Positions 19,219 through 28,272 of a stretch of 64,000 bases of DNA are shown here, in pieces. This DNA is from an uncultured Mycoplasmatota bacterium (GTDB taxonomy: Bacteria; Bacillota_I; Bacilli_A; RF39; UBA660): contig UROI01000001.1 of assembly GCA_900549325.1 (NCBI GenBank), positions 108,973 to 172,972 of the forward strand, read 5' to 3'. A program made the translations under genes and the position numbers. Every line of letters starts with the position of its first letter. The stretch's first letter is position 1. The notes beneath the pieces are model-generated. The model searched no databases and had not been told where the DNA came from. It saw nothing but the letters and a program-made list of their open reading frames with translations.

Positions 19219-19247
19219 ATATTATGTCTAATAAAATGAAATATAAC
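19219..19247 (-). promoter_or_regulatory. Putative sigma-E-type promoter of spoIVA
   Basis: The reverse strand reads GTTATATT, 13 nt, CATAATAT. This approximates my recollection of the SigE consensus (ATATT / CATACA-T). It lies ~30 nt upstream of the spoIVA start. Confidence 0.35.
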
Positions 19248-19260
19248 TAAAAAAAGAAAG

Positions 19261-19887
19261 TTAGTGCTTTCTTTTGTATACTTCTTTTAAGAAGTAGTTA
19301 TATAGTATTTCGGTATTATCTAAATCTTCAGGATGAAACTGAACTCCAAATAGAAAATGATTATTATCTATGTATTCAATGGCTTCAATTATGTTATCTT
19401 GGGAAACTGCTGATACAATGAATGGCTTTTTTGCTTTGTCTATGGCATAGAGATGTCTAGTATTTACCTCTAGTGTTGGTCCAAATAATTTATACATTAT
19501 AGTACCTTCTTTGATGTTTATGATATGTTTTTTATCTATATTATAATGATTATTTATTTTTATTAAATCATCTTCGTTATTACTATTATTACTATATAAA
19601 CCGATTATTTGATGGCCCATACATATTCCTAGTACTGGTATATTATTATGAAGACAGTAGTCCACAATTTGAAAATGATATGGATAAATATCACTACCAC
19701 CTTGGATTATGATACCATCACATAATTTTAATACTTCAGTATCGATAAGGCTATTATCATAGTTAAGTATAGCTATATAGTTGCATTTATTATGAATATA
19801 TTTTAAATTATTTTTAGTTACTACTTGTAAACTAACATTATTTAATACTTCATCTCTTGCTACTATACCAATAGTGATATTATTCAT
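19261..19887 (-). CDS. Class I glutamine amidotransferase, peptidase C26 / gamma-glutamyl hydrolase-like
   Basis: Nucleophile elbow LGICMGHQ and the His motif FGVQFHPE. Confidence 0.8.
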   Translation of the reverse strand: MNNITIGIVARDEVLNNVSLQVVTKNNLKYIHNKCNYIAILNYDNSLIDTEVLKLCDGIIIQGGSDIYPYHFQIVDYCLHNNIPVLGICMGHQIIGLYSNNSNNEDDLIKINNHYNIDKKHIINIKEGTIMYKLFGPTLEVNTRHLYAIDKAKKPFIVSAVSQDNIIEAIEYIDNNHFLFGVQFHPEDLDNTEILYNYFLKEVYKRKH

Positions 19888-20129
19888 TAAATCATTTTAT
19901 CTAAGTTATTTGGAACTTTGTCATTTAATATAGTTTCAATTATTTTTTGCTCTTTTTCCTTAGATACCTCTCTTCCTGTCATTTTGGATAAATCTCCGAT
20001 TACCTCACGTAATACCTTCTCATCTTTCATATTGCTTTTTTGTAATTTGTCAGCAAGATCAAGAATAGTATTTTTATCTACATTAGTTTTCTTTTCAATT
20101 CGTTTAAAAAAATTATCAGAAAAATTCAT
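19887..20129 (-). CDS. spoVIF: Stage VI sporulation protein F
   Basis: 80 aa. FFKRIEKKTNVDKNTILDLADKLQKSNMKDEKVLREVI parallels B. subtilis SpoVIF (FFKNIEKKTGV...). Confidence 0.7.
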   Translation of the reverse strand: MNFSDNFFKRIEKKTNVDKNTILDLADKLQKSNMKDEKVLREVIGDLSKMTGREVSKEKEQKIIETILNDKVPNNLDKMI

Positions 20130-20222
20130 TAAAAAAACCTCCTAATACATTGTATGTTAGAAGGTTTAAATGGGTTAATCAATTATTTTTTTGTAAGATT
20201 ATGTTGCTACAATGTGTATTAA

Positions 20223-20429
20223 TTTGCATACATTAATGTATCAACGGCAGTTAATATGTTTATTAAGGCTGTACTTAGAGAACAAAAAATTCCTTTTGAA
20301 GTTCGTGCAAATTCATTTGATGAAAATATTTATCAGAAACTAAAAGAAGCAGAGCAGGAAATTAATAGTACATCTAAAAGATATAGTTCATCAGAAGTGT
20401 TAAAAAGTATGAATGATATTATAGGATAA
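20223..20429 (+). pseudogene. RelB/DinJ-family antitoxin, 5'-truncated remnant
   Basis: The open frame FAYINVSTAVNMFIKAVLREQKIPFEV...SEVLKSMNDIIG matches the C-terminal two thirds of DinJ/RelB antitoxins. An in-frame TAA at 20220-20222 removes the ribbon-helix-helix N-terminus and any start codon. Confidence 0.65.
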
Positions 20430-20432
20430 TTT

Positions 20433-20745
20433 ATGTATAAGTTTGAGTTTTTACCTATTACAAAAAGAGATATGGATGATATTATCTATTATATTTCTAA
20501 TACTTTAAATAATAAAAAAGGCTGCTAGTGCTTTGGCAAAAAGTTTTATTAATAGTGCAAATAGTATTTTGAACTTTTCTTATGGTTCTTCAGTGTGTCA
20601 TTTAGGTAGTTTGAAATATGAATACGGAAGTATAAAAGTTAAAAACTTTTTAATGTTCTATATGATTAATGAAGAAAATAAAATAGTTACGATTGTTAGA
20701 GTTCTTTATCAAAAGATGGATATTAGTAATATTCTTGATTCTTAG
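20433..20745 (+). pseudogene. RelE/ParE-family toxin disrupted by a +1 frameshift
   Basis: Frame 1 (20433-20528) reads MYKFEFLPITKRDMDDIIYYISNTLNNKKGC*. Frame 2 continues AASALAKSFINSANSILNFSYGS...VKNFLMFYMINEENKIVTIVRVLYQKMD. The shift is at AAAAAAGG (about 20515-20522). Confidence 0.7.
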
Positions 20746-20753
20746 TTTAAAAT

Positions 20754-20785
20754 AAAATCTTCTAGTTCGAATGCTAGAAGATTTT
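20754..20785. terminator. Bidirectional intrinsic terminator
   Basis: 12-bp perfect stem AAAATCTTCTAG / CTAGAAGATTTT, flanked by A/T runs. It sits between the toxin remnant (+) and der (-). Confidence 0.75.
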
Positions 20786-20788
20786 ATT

Positions 20789-22102
20789 TTAATTATGTTT
20801 GTTTTTGAACTCTAATTTTATTGGTGTTCCTTCAAAATCAAAGTTTTCTCTTAACTTGTTTTCTAAGTATCTTTCATAAGAAAAGTGTATTAATTTATCA
20901 CTATTTACAAATAATGTAAAAGTAGGGGGAACAGTTCCAGTTTGCTGAGCAAATGTTACCTTAAGTCTTTTACCTTTATATGAAGGTGGAGCTTTTAACA
21001 TAACAGCATCCCTTATAACATCATTTAAAATACTTGTTTTTATTTCTTTGTGAGAATTTTCATATACTTTATCTATTTCAGGCATAATTGTAAATATTCT
21101 TTTTTTAGTTAATGCTGATACAAAGACAATAGGGGCATATGATAAAAATTTAAATTCTGCACGTACAAGTTTAGTAAATGTACTAATATCGTTTTTATCG
21201 GTTACTGTATCCCATTTATTTACAACAATTATTACTGGTTTACCTTCTTCAAGGGCGTAACTAGCTACATGTTTATCATGCTCAATTATTCCTTCTTCGG
21301 CATTGATAACAAGTAGACAAACATCACTTCTTTCAATGGCTTTCATTGAACGTAGTACAGAATATTTTTCTATTCTTTCAAATATTTTACCGCTTTTTCT
21401 GATACCAGCTGTATCTATGGCTACATATTTCTTTTTATTATAAGTAAACTCCGTGTCTATAGCATCTCTAGTAGTACCTGCAATTGGAGATACTATTACT
21501 TTTTCCTCGTTTAATAGAGCATTTACTAGACTACTTTTTCCAACATTAGGTCTACCTATTAGACAAAACTTTATTCTATCGTCTTGTTGTTCTTCTTCGT
21601 TATAGTTAATATTAAAATCTTCAGTTACTTTATCTAATAAGTCTCCTAGTCCTAGAGAATGTTCTCCACTTATAGGCATTACTTCTTCAAATCCTAATTC
21701 ATAATAATTATAAATATTTTCTTCTCTTTTAATATTATCTAATTTATTTACCGCTACGATTACTTTTTTACCAGATTTCATTAGAATATCTCTTATTACA
21801 AAATCATTTTGATTTAGTTCTTCTAATCCATCGACTACAAAAATAATTATATCAGCTTCTTCAATAGCTATGTTAGCTTGAATTATTATTTCATTATTGA
21901 AGTCTTCGTTTGATACATCAATTCCTCCTGTGTCAATTAAATGAAATTTATAATTATTATGATATACTGTTCCATAGATTCTATCCCTTGTTACGCCGGG
22001 TGTATCTTCAATTATAGATACTTTTTTACCAATTAATTTATTAAATATGGTTGATTTACCAACATTTGGTCTTCCTACTATTGCTACTGTGGGCATTTTC
22101 AT
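20789..22102 (-). CDS. der: Ribosome biogenesis GTPase Der (EngA)
   Basis: Two tandem G domains (GRPNVGKST twice; DTGG/DTAG; NKLD/NKWD) plus a C-terminal KH-like domain. Confidence 0.95.
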   Translation of the reverse strand: MKMPTVAIVGRPNVGKSTIFNKLIGKKVSIIEDTPGVTRDRIYGTVYHNNYKFHLIDTGGIDVSNEDFNNEIIIQANIAIEEADIIIFVVDGLEELNQNDFVIRDILMKSGKKVIVAVNKLDNIKREENIYNYYELGFEEVMPISGEHSLGLGDLLDKVTEDFNINYNEEEQQDDRIKFCLIGRPNVGKSSLVNALLNEEKVIVSPIAGTTRDAIDTEFTYNKKKYVAIDTAGIRKSGKIFERIEKYSVLRSMKAIERSDVCLLVINAEEGIIEHDKHVASYALEEGKPVIIVVNKWDTVTDKNDISTFTKLVRAEFKFLSYAPIVFVSALTKKRIFTIMPEIDKVYENSHKEIKTSILNDVIRDAVMLKAPPSYKGKRLKVTFAQQTGTVPPTFTLFVNSDKLIHFSYERYLENKLRENFDFEGTPIKLEFKNKHN

Positions 22103-22150
22103 ATAGTATCACCTCTTCCTAAGTATTATAACAGAAAATAAAAAAAAATA

Positions 22151-22612
22151 CTATATATTTATTTTTATTCCTTCATTTATTATTTTTTCATAGTCATCAT
22201 ATATTATTTCTGATGCTTCAAGTAGTCTTAAGTATTCTTTCTTATTTATATTTTTTTTGAGTTTTAAATAATAATTGTTTTTGTAATAATAGATACTACT
22301 ATTTTTGTGATTATTTATAGTAAAGTAATCTATTTTATATAAAAATATTGGGTTAGTATGTATATGTATTTTTACTTCATATTCATTGTCTATATAAAAC
22401 ATACTTTTGTAATGTTTTAAAGTAATAATTGTTCCATACATATTGTCTTCATAAATATCTAATATTAATAGAGGATTTAACTTTTTATTACTTGTTATTT
22501 TCTTAAATATTTTATTTGTTATTTTTTCTAGAGAATCTTTATCATAGATATTTATTTTTTGATTTGGTAAATTTATTTGATAAGTTATATTATCAATTTC
22601 TTTTATAATCAT
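22151..22612 (-). CDS. Hypothetical protein, possibly a short MecA-like adaptor
   Basis: The C-terminal pattern YYYKNNYYLKLKK...LLEASEIIYDDYEKIINEGIKI resembles the MecA C-terminal domain (YYLYL...LEYGE...EHGK.I). The similarity is weak. Confidence 0.4.
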   Translation of the reverse strand: MIIKEIDNITYQINLPNQKINIYDKDSLEKITNKIFKKITSNKKLNPLLILDIYEDNMYGTIITLKHYKSMFYIDNEYEVKIHIHTNPIFLYKIDYFTINNHKNSSIYYYKNNYYLKLKKNINKKEYLRLLEASEIIYDDYEKIINEGIKINI

Positions 22613-22659
22613 TTAACACTTCCATAGTAGTCTATGAAAAAAGATGAAAAAGGAAACTT

Positions 22660-23244
22660 TTAACTTATATATTTTCCAATTTCATCGTATACTTCATTTT
22701 TACCTGTTTTCGTTACACTAGAGAATAGTATAATATTTTTTTCATCTTGAATATTCAATTCTTTCATTATTATTTGTTTATTTTTATTATGATTGTTTTT
22801 TGATACTTTATCTACTTTAGTACATACTATTGTTACTGGTATGTTATAAAATTTTAAATAATCATACATCATAATATCATCATTAGTAGGCTTGTGTCTA
22901 AAATCAATTAGTAAAAAAACCATTTGTAAGTTATCTCTTGACTTTAAATAACTTTCCATTATTAATCCAAACTTTTGTTTTAGTGAATTTCTAACTTTAG
23001 CAAAACCATATCCTGGAGCGTCCACTAGATAAAATTCATCGTTTATTTTATAGAAGTTTAATGTTTGTGTTTTACCAGGAGTAGCTGATGTTCTGGCAAA
23101 GTTTTTTCTATTGATAATGGTATTAATAAAACTACTTTTACCAACGTTGCTTCTTCCTACAAGTAGGAATTCTTTTAGCTTATCAGTAGGATACTGACTT
23201 TCTCTTACTGCTGATATTATTAGTTCTATGGTATTTATTTTCAT
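22660..23244 (-). CDS. engB: Ribosome biogenesis GTP-binding protein YsxC/EngB
   Basis: G1 is GRSNVGKSS, G3 is DAPGYG, G4 is TKVDK. The likely start is ATG 23244 behind GGTGAG, and the ORF-track TTG at 23256 sits within that SD. Confidence 0.9.
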   Translation of the reverse strand: MKINTIELIISAVRESQYPTDKLKEFLLVGRSNVGKSSFINTIINRKNFARTSATPGKTQTLNFYKINDEFYLVDAPGYGFAKVRNSLKQKFGLIMESYLKSRDNLQMVFLLIDFRHKPTNDDIMMYDYLKFYNIPVTIVCTKVDKVSKNNHNKNKQIIMKELNIQDEKNIILFSSVTKTGKNEVYDEIGKYIS

Positions 23245-23299
23245 TTTTCTCACCAAATTAATTGTATCATAATATATTTAAAAAAGCAAATAATGTTTT

Positions 23300-23321
23300 T
23301 ATGGAGACTTAAGGCTCCATA
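23300..23321 (+). repeat. Tandem-hairpin repeat family, solo hairpin (locus G)
   Basis: TATGGAG-ACTTAAGG-CTCCATA carries the family core GAG-A...G-CTC. Confidence 0.6.
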
Positions 23322-23363
23322 AAACGGCGAACAACTTTAGTGTGAGACGAAAAGAAAAAAGAC

Positions 23364-24050
23364 TTAACGTCTTTGATCATTTGATGATGATATTAATACC
23401 AATCTAAATATTTGTAATAAGGTAGATAGTACCGAAGCAACATAAGTAAATGCTGCTGCTACTAGCATATTTCTAGCACTACTTTTTTCTTCTTTATCTA
23501 GAATTTTTTCTTTTTCTAATTCTTTTAAAGCTCTTTTTGAAGCATTAAATTCTACTGGTAAGGTAATTAATTGAAATACTAGCATAGCAAGTAGAAGTAT
23601 TATACCAGTTTCAAATAAAGGTGATCTATTGAATATTAGTCCTATTATAATAGCTAGATAACCTAATCTAGTACATATATTAACAAAAGGTACAATAGCA
23701 CTTCTTATACGCATGGGCATATATTTATCTTTATCTTGAATAGCGTGTCCACATTCATGGGCCGCTACTGCTGCTGAAGCAATACTTGAACCATGATAGA
23801 TATCTGTAGATAGTTTTATTACTTTTCTTTTAGGATCATAATGGTCAGTTAGATTACCTTTGGTTTCTAATATCATTACATCTTCAAGATTATTCTTATC
23901 TAGTATCTTTCTTGCAGTATCGTATCCAGTATTATCTTTACTATTTAGTATTTTTTTATATCTACTATAAGATGATGAAACAAATATTTGAGCTAGTAGA
24001 GTTATTAGAAATGATACTAAGTAGATAATATCACTATAATATAAATCCAT
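23364..24050 (-). CDS. Membrane zinc metallopeptidase (Zn_peptidase_2 / YpfJ-unrelated neutral peptidase family)
   Basis: HECGHAIQ zinc motif, with N- and C-terminal TM helices and a 228-aa length. Confidence 0.8.
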   Translation of the reverse strand: MDLYYSDIIYLVSFLITLLAQIFVSSSYSRYKKILNSKDNTGYDTARKILDKNNLEDVMILETKGNLTDHYDPKRKVIKLSTDIYHGSSIASAAVAAHECGHAIQDKDKYMPMRIRSAIVPFVNICTRLGYLAIIIGLIFNRSPLFETGIILLLAMLVFQLITLPVEFNASKRALKELEKEKILDKEEKSSARNMLVAAAFTYVASVLSTLLQIFRLVLISSSNDQRR

Positions 24051-24059
24051 AATTCCTCC

Positions 24060-25373
24060 TTAAAGAATATTTTCTTTTATTAACTCTTCTCTTAAAGTAT
24101 CCGCTAGGGCAAAGTCTTTATCTTCTCTAGCTTTAAGCCAGTTATTATAAGTCTCTTTTTGCTTTTCAGTAAACTCTGGCATAGAATAACTTAATCCTAG
24201 TATATTAGTTATTGTTAATATTTTATTTGTTAATGTTAAAATATTATCACCTTTATTTCTTATTTCTTGATTTAAATCTTTAACAAGAGATAAAAGTAAT
24301 GTAATAACATTTGGAGTATTAAAATCGTCATTCATATATTCTTCAAATGTACTATCTTTTTCTTCTTTTATATTGTGAATATTTTTGATATTTAATTCAT
24401 TGTTAGCACTTTTTAGTACTGCTTTAATTTTATTATCAATAACTAGTGCCTCCTCAAATACTTTATCAGTTAGATTTAGTGGCTGTCTATAATTTGTACT
24501 TAGAAAAGCTAATTTTATGACATTAGCAGAATGTTCTTTGATAAAATCTTTGGCTAAGATAAAATTATTTAAACTTTTACTCATTTTTACATTATTTATA
24601 TTTATATGACCATTATGCATCCAGTAATTAGCAATATAGTTATCATTTAATGCAATGCTTTGAGCTATTTCATTTTCATGATGTGGGAATTTAAGATCCA
24701 CCCCTCCAGCATGAATATCTATTTTATCTCCAAATAATTTATTAATCATAACAACACACTCAGTGTGCCATCCTGGTATTCCTTCACCCCAAGGACTAGT
24801 AAATGTTTCTCCTTCGGTAGTCTTTCTCCATAAGGCAAAGTCAAGTGGATTTTCTTTCTTTTCATCAATATCTACTCTTGAACCAGAGATTAACTCTTCA
24901 ATACTTTGATTGGATAAAATACCATAATCTTTTATTTTACTTACTCTAAAATAGACATCTCCATCAACAACATAGGCATAGTCTTTTTCTATTAATTTAC
25001 TTATGAAGTTAAATATATCGTCTAAATAATTTATTACTCTAGGTCTATAATCAATATTAGAACAATTATAATTTTTTAAATCTTCTTCATATGCTTTAAT
25101 AAATTTATCTGCTACTTCTCTTTCGGTTATACCTAATGTTTCAGCAGCCCTTGTTATTTTTGGATTGATATCAGTATAATTTGAAGCATATTTTACATCA
25201 TATCCTAAATATTTTAGATATTTATATACCATGTCAAATGTTATTACTGGTCTCATATTTCCTATATGAACATAGTTATATACGGTAGGACCACATACAT
25301 ACATGGTAACTTTTCCTTCATTTATTGGTTTGAATTCTTCTACTTTATCAGTAAGTGAATTATATATTCTCAT
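24060..25373 (-). CDS. cysS: Cysteinyl-tRNA synthetase
   Basis: HIGN (YNYVHIGNMRP) and KMSKS (VKMSKSLNN) motifs, plus WHTECV. Confidence 0.95.
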   Translation of the reverse strand: MRIYNSLTDKVEEFKPINEGKVTMYVCGPTVYNYVHIGNMRPVITFDMVYKYLKYLGYDVKYASNYTDINPKITRAAETLGITEREVADKFIKAYEEDLKNYNCSNIDYRPRVINYLDDIFNFISKLIEKDYAYVVDGDVYFRVSKIKDYGILSNQSIEELISGSRVDIDEKKENPLDFALWRKTTEGETFTSPWGEGIPGWHTECVVMINKLFGDKIDIHAGGVDLKFPHHENEIAQSIALNDNYIANYWMHNGHININNVKMSKSLNNFILAKDFIKEHSANVIKLAFLSTNYRQPLNLTDKVFEEALVIDNKIKAVLKSANNELNIKNIHNIKEEKDSTFEEYMNDDFNTPNVITLLLSLVKDLNQEIRNKGDNILTLTNKILTITNILGLSYSMPEFTEKQKETYNNWLKAREDKDFALADTLREELIKENIL

Positions 25374-25490
25374 ATTGACCTCCTTGTATCATTATAGTTT
25401 AAAACTATGGTAAAAATATGTGAAAAACACTTCTTAATTTATTATATCATTATTTTTTGATATTAGAAATAAAAAAATATATAAAAATAC

Positions 25491-26168
25491 CTATTTAAAT
25501 ATATTAAATGGGTATCTATTTGGTAAATCTAAATTAAATGTTAATACTTCTTTAGTAGTTGGATGAGTAAATGTTATTGTTTTAGCAAAAAGAGCTATAT
25601 CTATGTTTTTAGGATTGTTTCCATATTTGGAGTCTCCTACTAGGGGATGATGTCTTGAAGAAAACTGAACTCTTATTTGGTGTGAACGACCTGTTATTAA
25701 GTTTATTTTAACTAATGATAAATTATTTTTACTACTAATAAGAGTATATTCTAGACAGGAATATTTTCCTTTTTCTTTAGTTGTAACATAACTAATATTT
25801 TCTTTTTCATTTTTTATTAAGTAATCTTCAAATTTTCCTTCTTTAGGAGGAATTCCTTCAACTACTGCATAATAGGTTTTATGAAAATTATTTTTTCTTA
25901 TCTCATCACTTAATCTAGAGGCTGCTTTTGAGGTTTTGGCAAATACCATGATGCCACCGACAGGTCTATCTAGTCTATGTACTAGTCCTATGTAGGCATC
26001 ACCTTTCTTATTTTCATTCTTTATACGATATTCTTTTAATATGGTAATTAAGTCTATGGTGTTACTGCTATCAGCTTGTACGGGAATACCTACTGGTTTC
26101 TCGATTACAAGAAGATGGTTATCTTCATATATTATATTAATCTTTGGTAACTTTTCCATATATACCAC
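25491..26168 (-). CDS. RluA-family pseudouridine synthase
   Basis: The catalytic motif is HRLDRPVGG, with GRSHQIRVQ downstream. The start is uncertain (26168 or ATG 26159) and overlaps the upstream gene. Confidence 0.88.
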   Translation of the reverse strand: MVYMEKLPKINIIYEDNHLLVIEKPVGIPVQADSSNTIDLITILKEYRIKNENKKGDAYIGLVHRLDRPVGGIMVFAKTSKAASRLSDEIRKNNFHKTYYAVVEGIPPKEGKFEDYLIKNEKENISYVTTKEKGKYSCLEYTLISSKNNLSLVKINLITGRSHQIRVQFSSRHHPLVGDSKYGNNPKNIDIALFAKTITFTHPTTKEVLTFNLDLPNRYPFNIFK

Positions 26169-26997
26169 AAGGTAATATTAAATTGTTTTCAGTAACTGGA
26201 AGGGTATTTTCACCAGTTTCTATTTTATTACCTTTAAATTCTAATTTTAATATATTTTCTAATGATATATGACTTATACCAGTAGTATAACTACTTATTA
26301 AAAGAAATGAAAAATCTTCATCTAAAATATCTTTTACTTTAGATAGTAGGGTAGGAAAGTCATTTTCAAACTTCCATACTTCTTTATTTGGTCCTCTTCC
26401 ATAACTAGGAGGATCCATAATTATACCATGATAGGTTCTGCCTCTTCTTTTTTCTCTTTCGATAAACTTTATGACATCTTCGGTTATGAATCTAATAGTT
26501 TTATTTTCAAGATGCGATAGTTTCATATTTTCTTTAGCCCATTCATTTATTCCTTTAGAGGCATCGACGTGAACTACTTCAGTAGCTCCTGAAAAAGAGG
26601 CCATCATTGTAGCACAGCCAGTGTAGGCAAAAAGATTTAATACACGCATTTCATCATGTGTTTTTCTATATTCGGTTATTTTTTTATTTATGAAATCCCA
26701 GTTACTCGATTGCTCTGGAAAAATACCGGTATGTTTAAAGTTAGTTGGTGATACTTTGAAAGTTAAATCTTTATAATTAACAGTCCAATATTCTGGTAAC
26801 TTTTTTTTAAATTCCCAGTAACCTCCACCTTCAGTACTTCTGTGATAATGGGCATCATAATTATTCCATTTTTCAGTTTTATTCCATATTATTTGCGGAT
26901 CTGGTCTAATCAAAATTATATTATTCCATCTTTCTAATTTTTCACCATTTCCAGTTTTAATACATTCATAGTCTTTCCAATTATTATTTGTATTCAT
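26137..26997 (-). CDS. Class I SAM-dependent RNA methyltransferase (RlmI/YwbD-like)
   Basis: LNLFAYTGCATM, VHVDASK and the DPPSYGRG motif. Confidence 0.8.
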   Translation of the reverse strand: MNTNNNWKDYECIKTGNGEKLERWNNIILIRPDPQIIWNKTEKWNNYDAHYHRSTEGGGYWEFKKKLPEYWTVNYKDLTFKVSPTNFKHTGIFPEQSSNWDFINKKITEYRKTHDEMRVLNLFAYTGCATMMASFSGATEVVHVDASKGINEWAKENMKLSHLENKTIRFITEDVIKFIEREKRRGRTYHGIIMDPPSYGRGPNKEVWKFENDFPTLLSKVKDILDEDFSFLLISSYTTGISHISLENILKLEFKGNKIETGENTLPVTENNLILPCGIYGKVTKD

Positions 26998-27000
26998 TTT

Positions 27001-27453
27001 TTACCTCCTGACAGATACAGCACTATTTAATATTTCTCTAATAGTTTGCTTTGGACGACGCATTTTCATTGCTTTAAAGATATCTTTGTATGTTTCAAAA
27101 GTTACTTTTCCTATTTTATCATGACCACTGATGGGTATTTTATATATGCTTTCTAAATTGACATAACCTTTAATAGATTTGTTTATTCTGTCTTTTCTAT
27201 TATATCTATATTTAAAATCTTCTTCATATAGTATATTTTCATCTTTGATTTTGAAATGCTGTTTTGAGCCATCTTTGTCTACTGATGTTAGAGTTAATAG
27301 GTAATCAAGTTCATTATCGCTATATATTATCATACAAGGTCTACCATCTTTCCAAGCGTGGTCAGGTTCTTTCTTACCATTAGTGGCATTTTCAAAAACT
27401 ATTCCTTTTACAATAACTATATCTCCGATTACTTCTCTTTCATAACTACTCAT
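27001..27453 (-). CDS. Hypothetical protein with MazF/PemK-like sequence pattern
   Basis: ATG 27453 follows GAGGTG. IGDIVIVKG...GRPCMIIYSDNELDYLLTLTS and ...SIYKIPISGHDKIGKVTFETYKDIFKAM resemble the PemK fold pattern. No adjacent antitoxin is present. Confidence 0.4.
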   Translation of the reverse strand: MSSYEREVIGDIVIVKGIVFENATNGKKEPDHAWKDGRPCMIIYSDNELDYLLTLTSVDKDGSKQHFKIKDENILYEEDFKYRYNRKDRINKSIKGYVNLESIYKIPISGHDKIGKVTFETYKDIFKAMKMRRPKQTIREILNSAVSVRR

Positions 27454-27469
27454 TTTGCACCTCAAATAG

Positions 27470-27506
27470 ATTATATCATTTATTTACTAAAATTAATAGA
27501 TAAAAA
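27470..27506 (-). promoter_or_regulatory. Duplicated 37-bp promoter block, copy 1 (drives 27001-27453)
   Basis: It is identical to 28219-28255. The reverse strand ends in AAATGATATAAT, an extended -10 (TGnTATAAT). Confidence 0.5.
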
Positions 27507-27534
27507 ATGAATAACGACAAAAGCATTATTCATT
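27501..27534 (-). terminator. Intrinsic terminator of the 27562-28197 gene
   Basis: The reverse strand reads AATGAATAA-11 nt-TTATTCATT followed by TTTTT. Confidence 0.65.
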
Positions 27535-27561
27535 TTTATTTAATGTTTATTTATTATGCTG

Positions 27562-28197
27562 CTATGCTGCAAGTTTTTCAACAAGTTTTGGCGTTGAAAA
27601 AGAATTATTAGAATATTCTATTTCGAACGTTGCTTTAGGATAGCCAGATTCTTCATTAGAACACTGTAATCCACATTCTTTACCATCTATAACTATTTTG
27701 TTATTGTTAATAGTATAAGATTTTGCCCAATATCCTTCGAGTGTTTCAGGTGTTAAATTCATTATGATGGAGTTACTTGATAAACTATATATTGCAAACT
27801 GTGTTCCGCTAGTGTCACCAGATAATACAATAACATTATTATCATATATTGTGTATGAATTTATCCATATGCCCTTAAATTCCTCTTTTGCCTCTTTACT
27901 ATTAATTGTAAAACTTTTTGTAGTACACATAGAATCGTTATTTTCCTGCTCTAATTTGATTGTAATTCCATTGAATGTGATTTCGCTGTTTTTACATCCA
28001 TCAGCATTTACTGTTTTAACAGGAATTGTATTATTCCCATTTATATTTTCATTGTTATTGTTGTTTTGATTATTGTTTGAAGTGTTATTTTTAAAACTTA
28101 TGGTTCCTGTTGCAAATAGTATGCATAATGTAGCTAATATAAATATAATTACTAATAATAATGCAATAACAGTTTTATTATTGTTTTGTTTTTCCAC
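27562..28197 (-). CDS. Membrane-anchored/secreted hypothetical protein with poly-Asn linker
   Basis: It has a GTG start behind AAGGAGG and an N-terminal TM (VIALLLVIIFILATLCILF). An N-rich tract NNNQNNNNNENINGNN follows, then a Cys-containing globular domain. Confidence 0.6.
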   Translation of the reverse strand: MEKQNNNKTVIALLLVIIFILATLCILFATGTISFKNNTSNNNQNNNNNENINGNNTIPVKTVNADGCKNSEITFNGITIKLEQENNDSMCTTKSFTINSKEAKEEFKGIWINSYTIYDNNVIVLSGDTSGTQFAIYSLSSNSIIMNLTPETLEGYWAKSYTINNNKIVIDGKECGLQCSNEESGYPKATFEIEYSNNSFSTPKLVEKLAA

Positions 28198-28218
28198 TTT
28201 TTCTCCTCCTTCTATAAA

Positions 28219-28255
28219 ATTATATCATTTATTTACTAAAATTAATAGATAAAAA
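28219..28255 (-). promoter_or_regulatory. Duplicated 37-bp promoter block, copy 2 (drives 27562-28197)
   Basis: The same 37 nt, ATTATATCATTTATTTACTAAAATTAATAGATAAAAA, as at 27470-27506. Confidence 0.5.
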
Positions 28256-28272
28256 TTAAATATATATTTACG

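Noticed and set aside
25374-25490. Possible T-box leaders upstream of cysS (also argS 9139-9221 and gatCAB 29634-29778)
   Set aside because: The spacers are too short or lack the AGAGA, F-box and GGTGGTACC T-box sequences. Only tyrS has a T-box.
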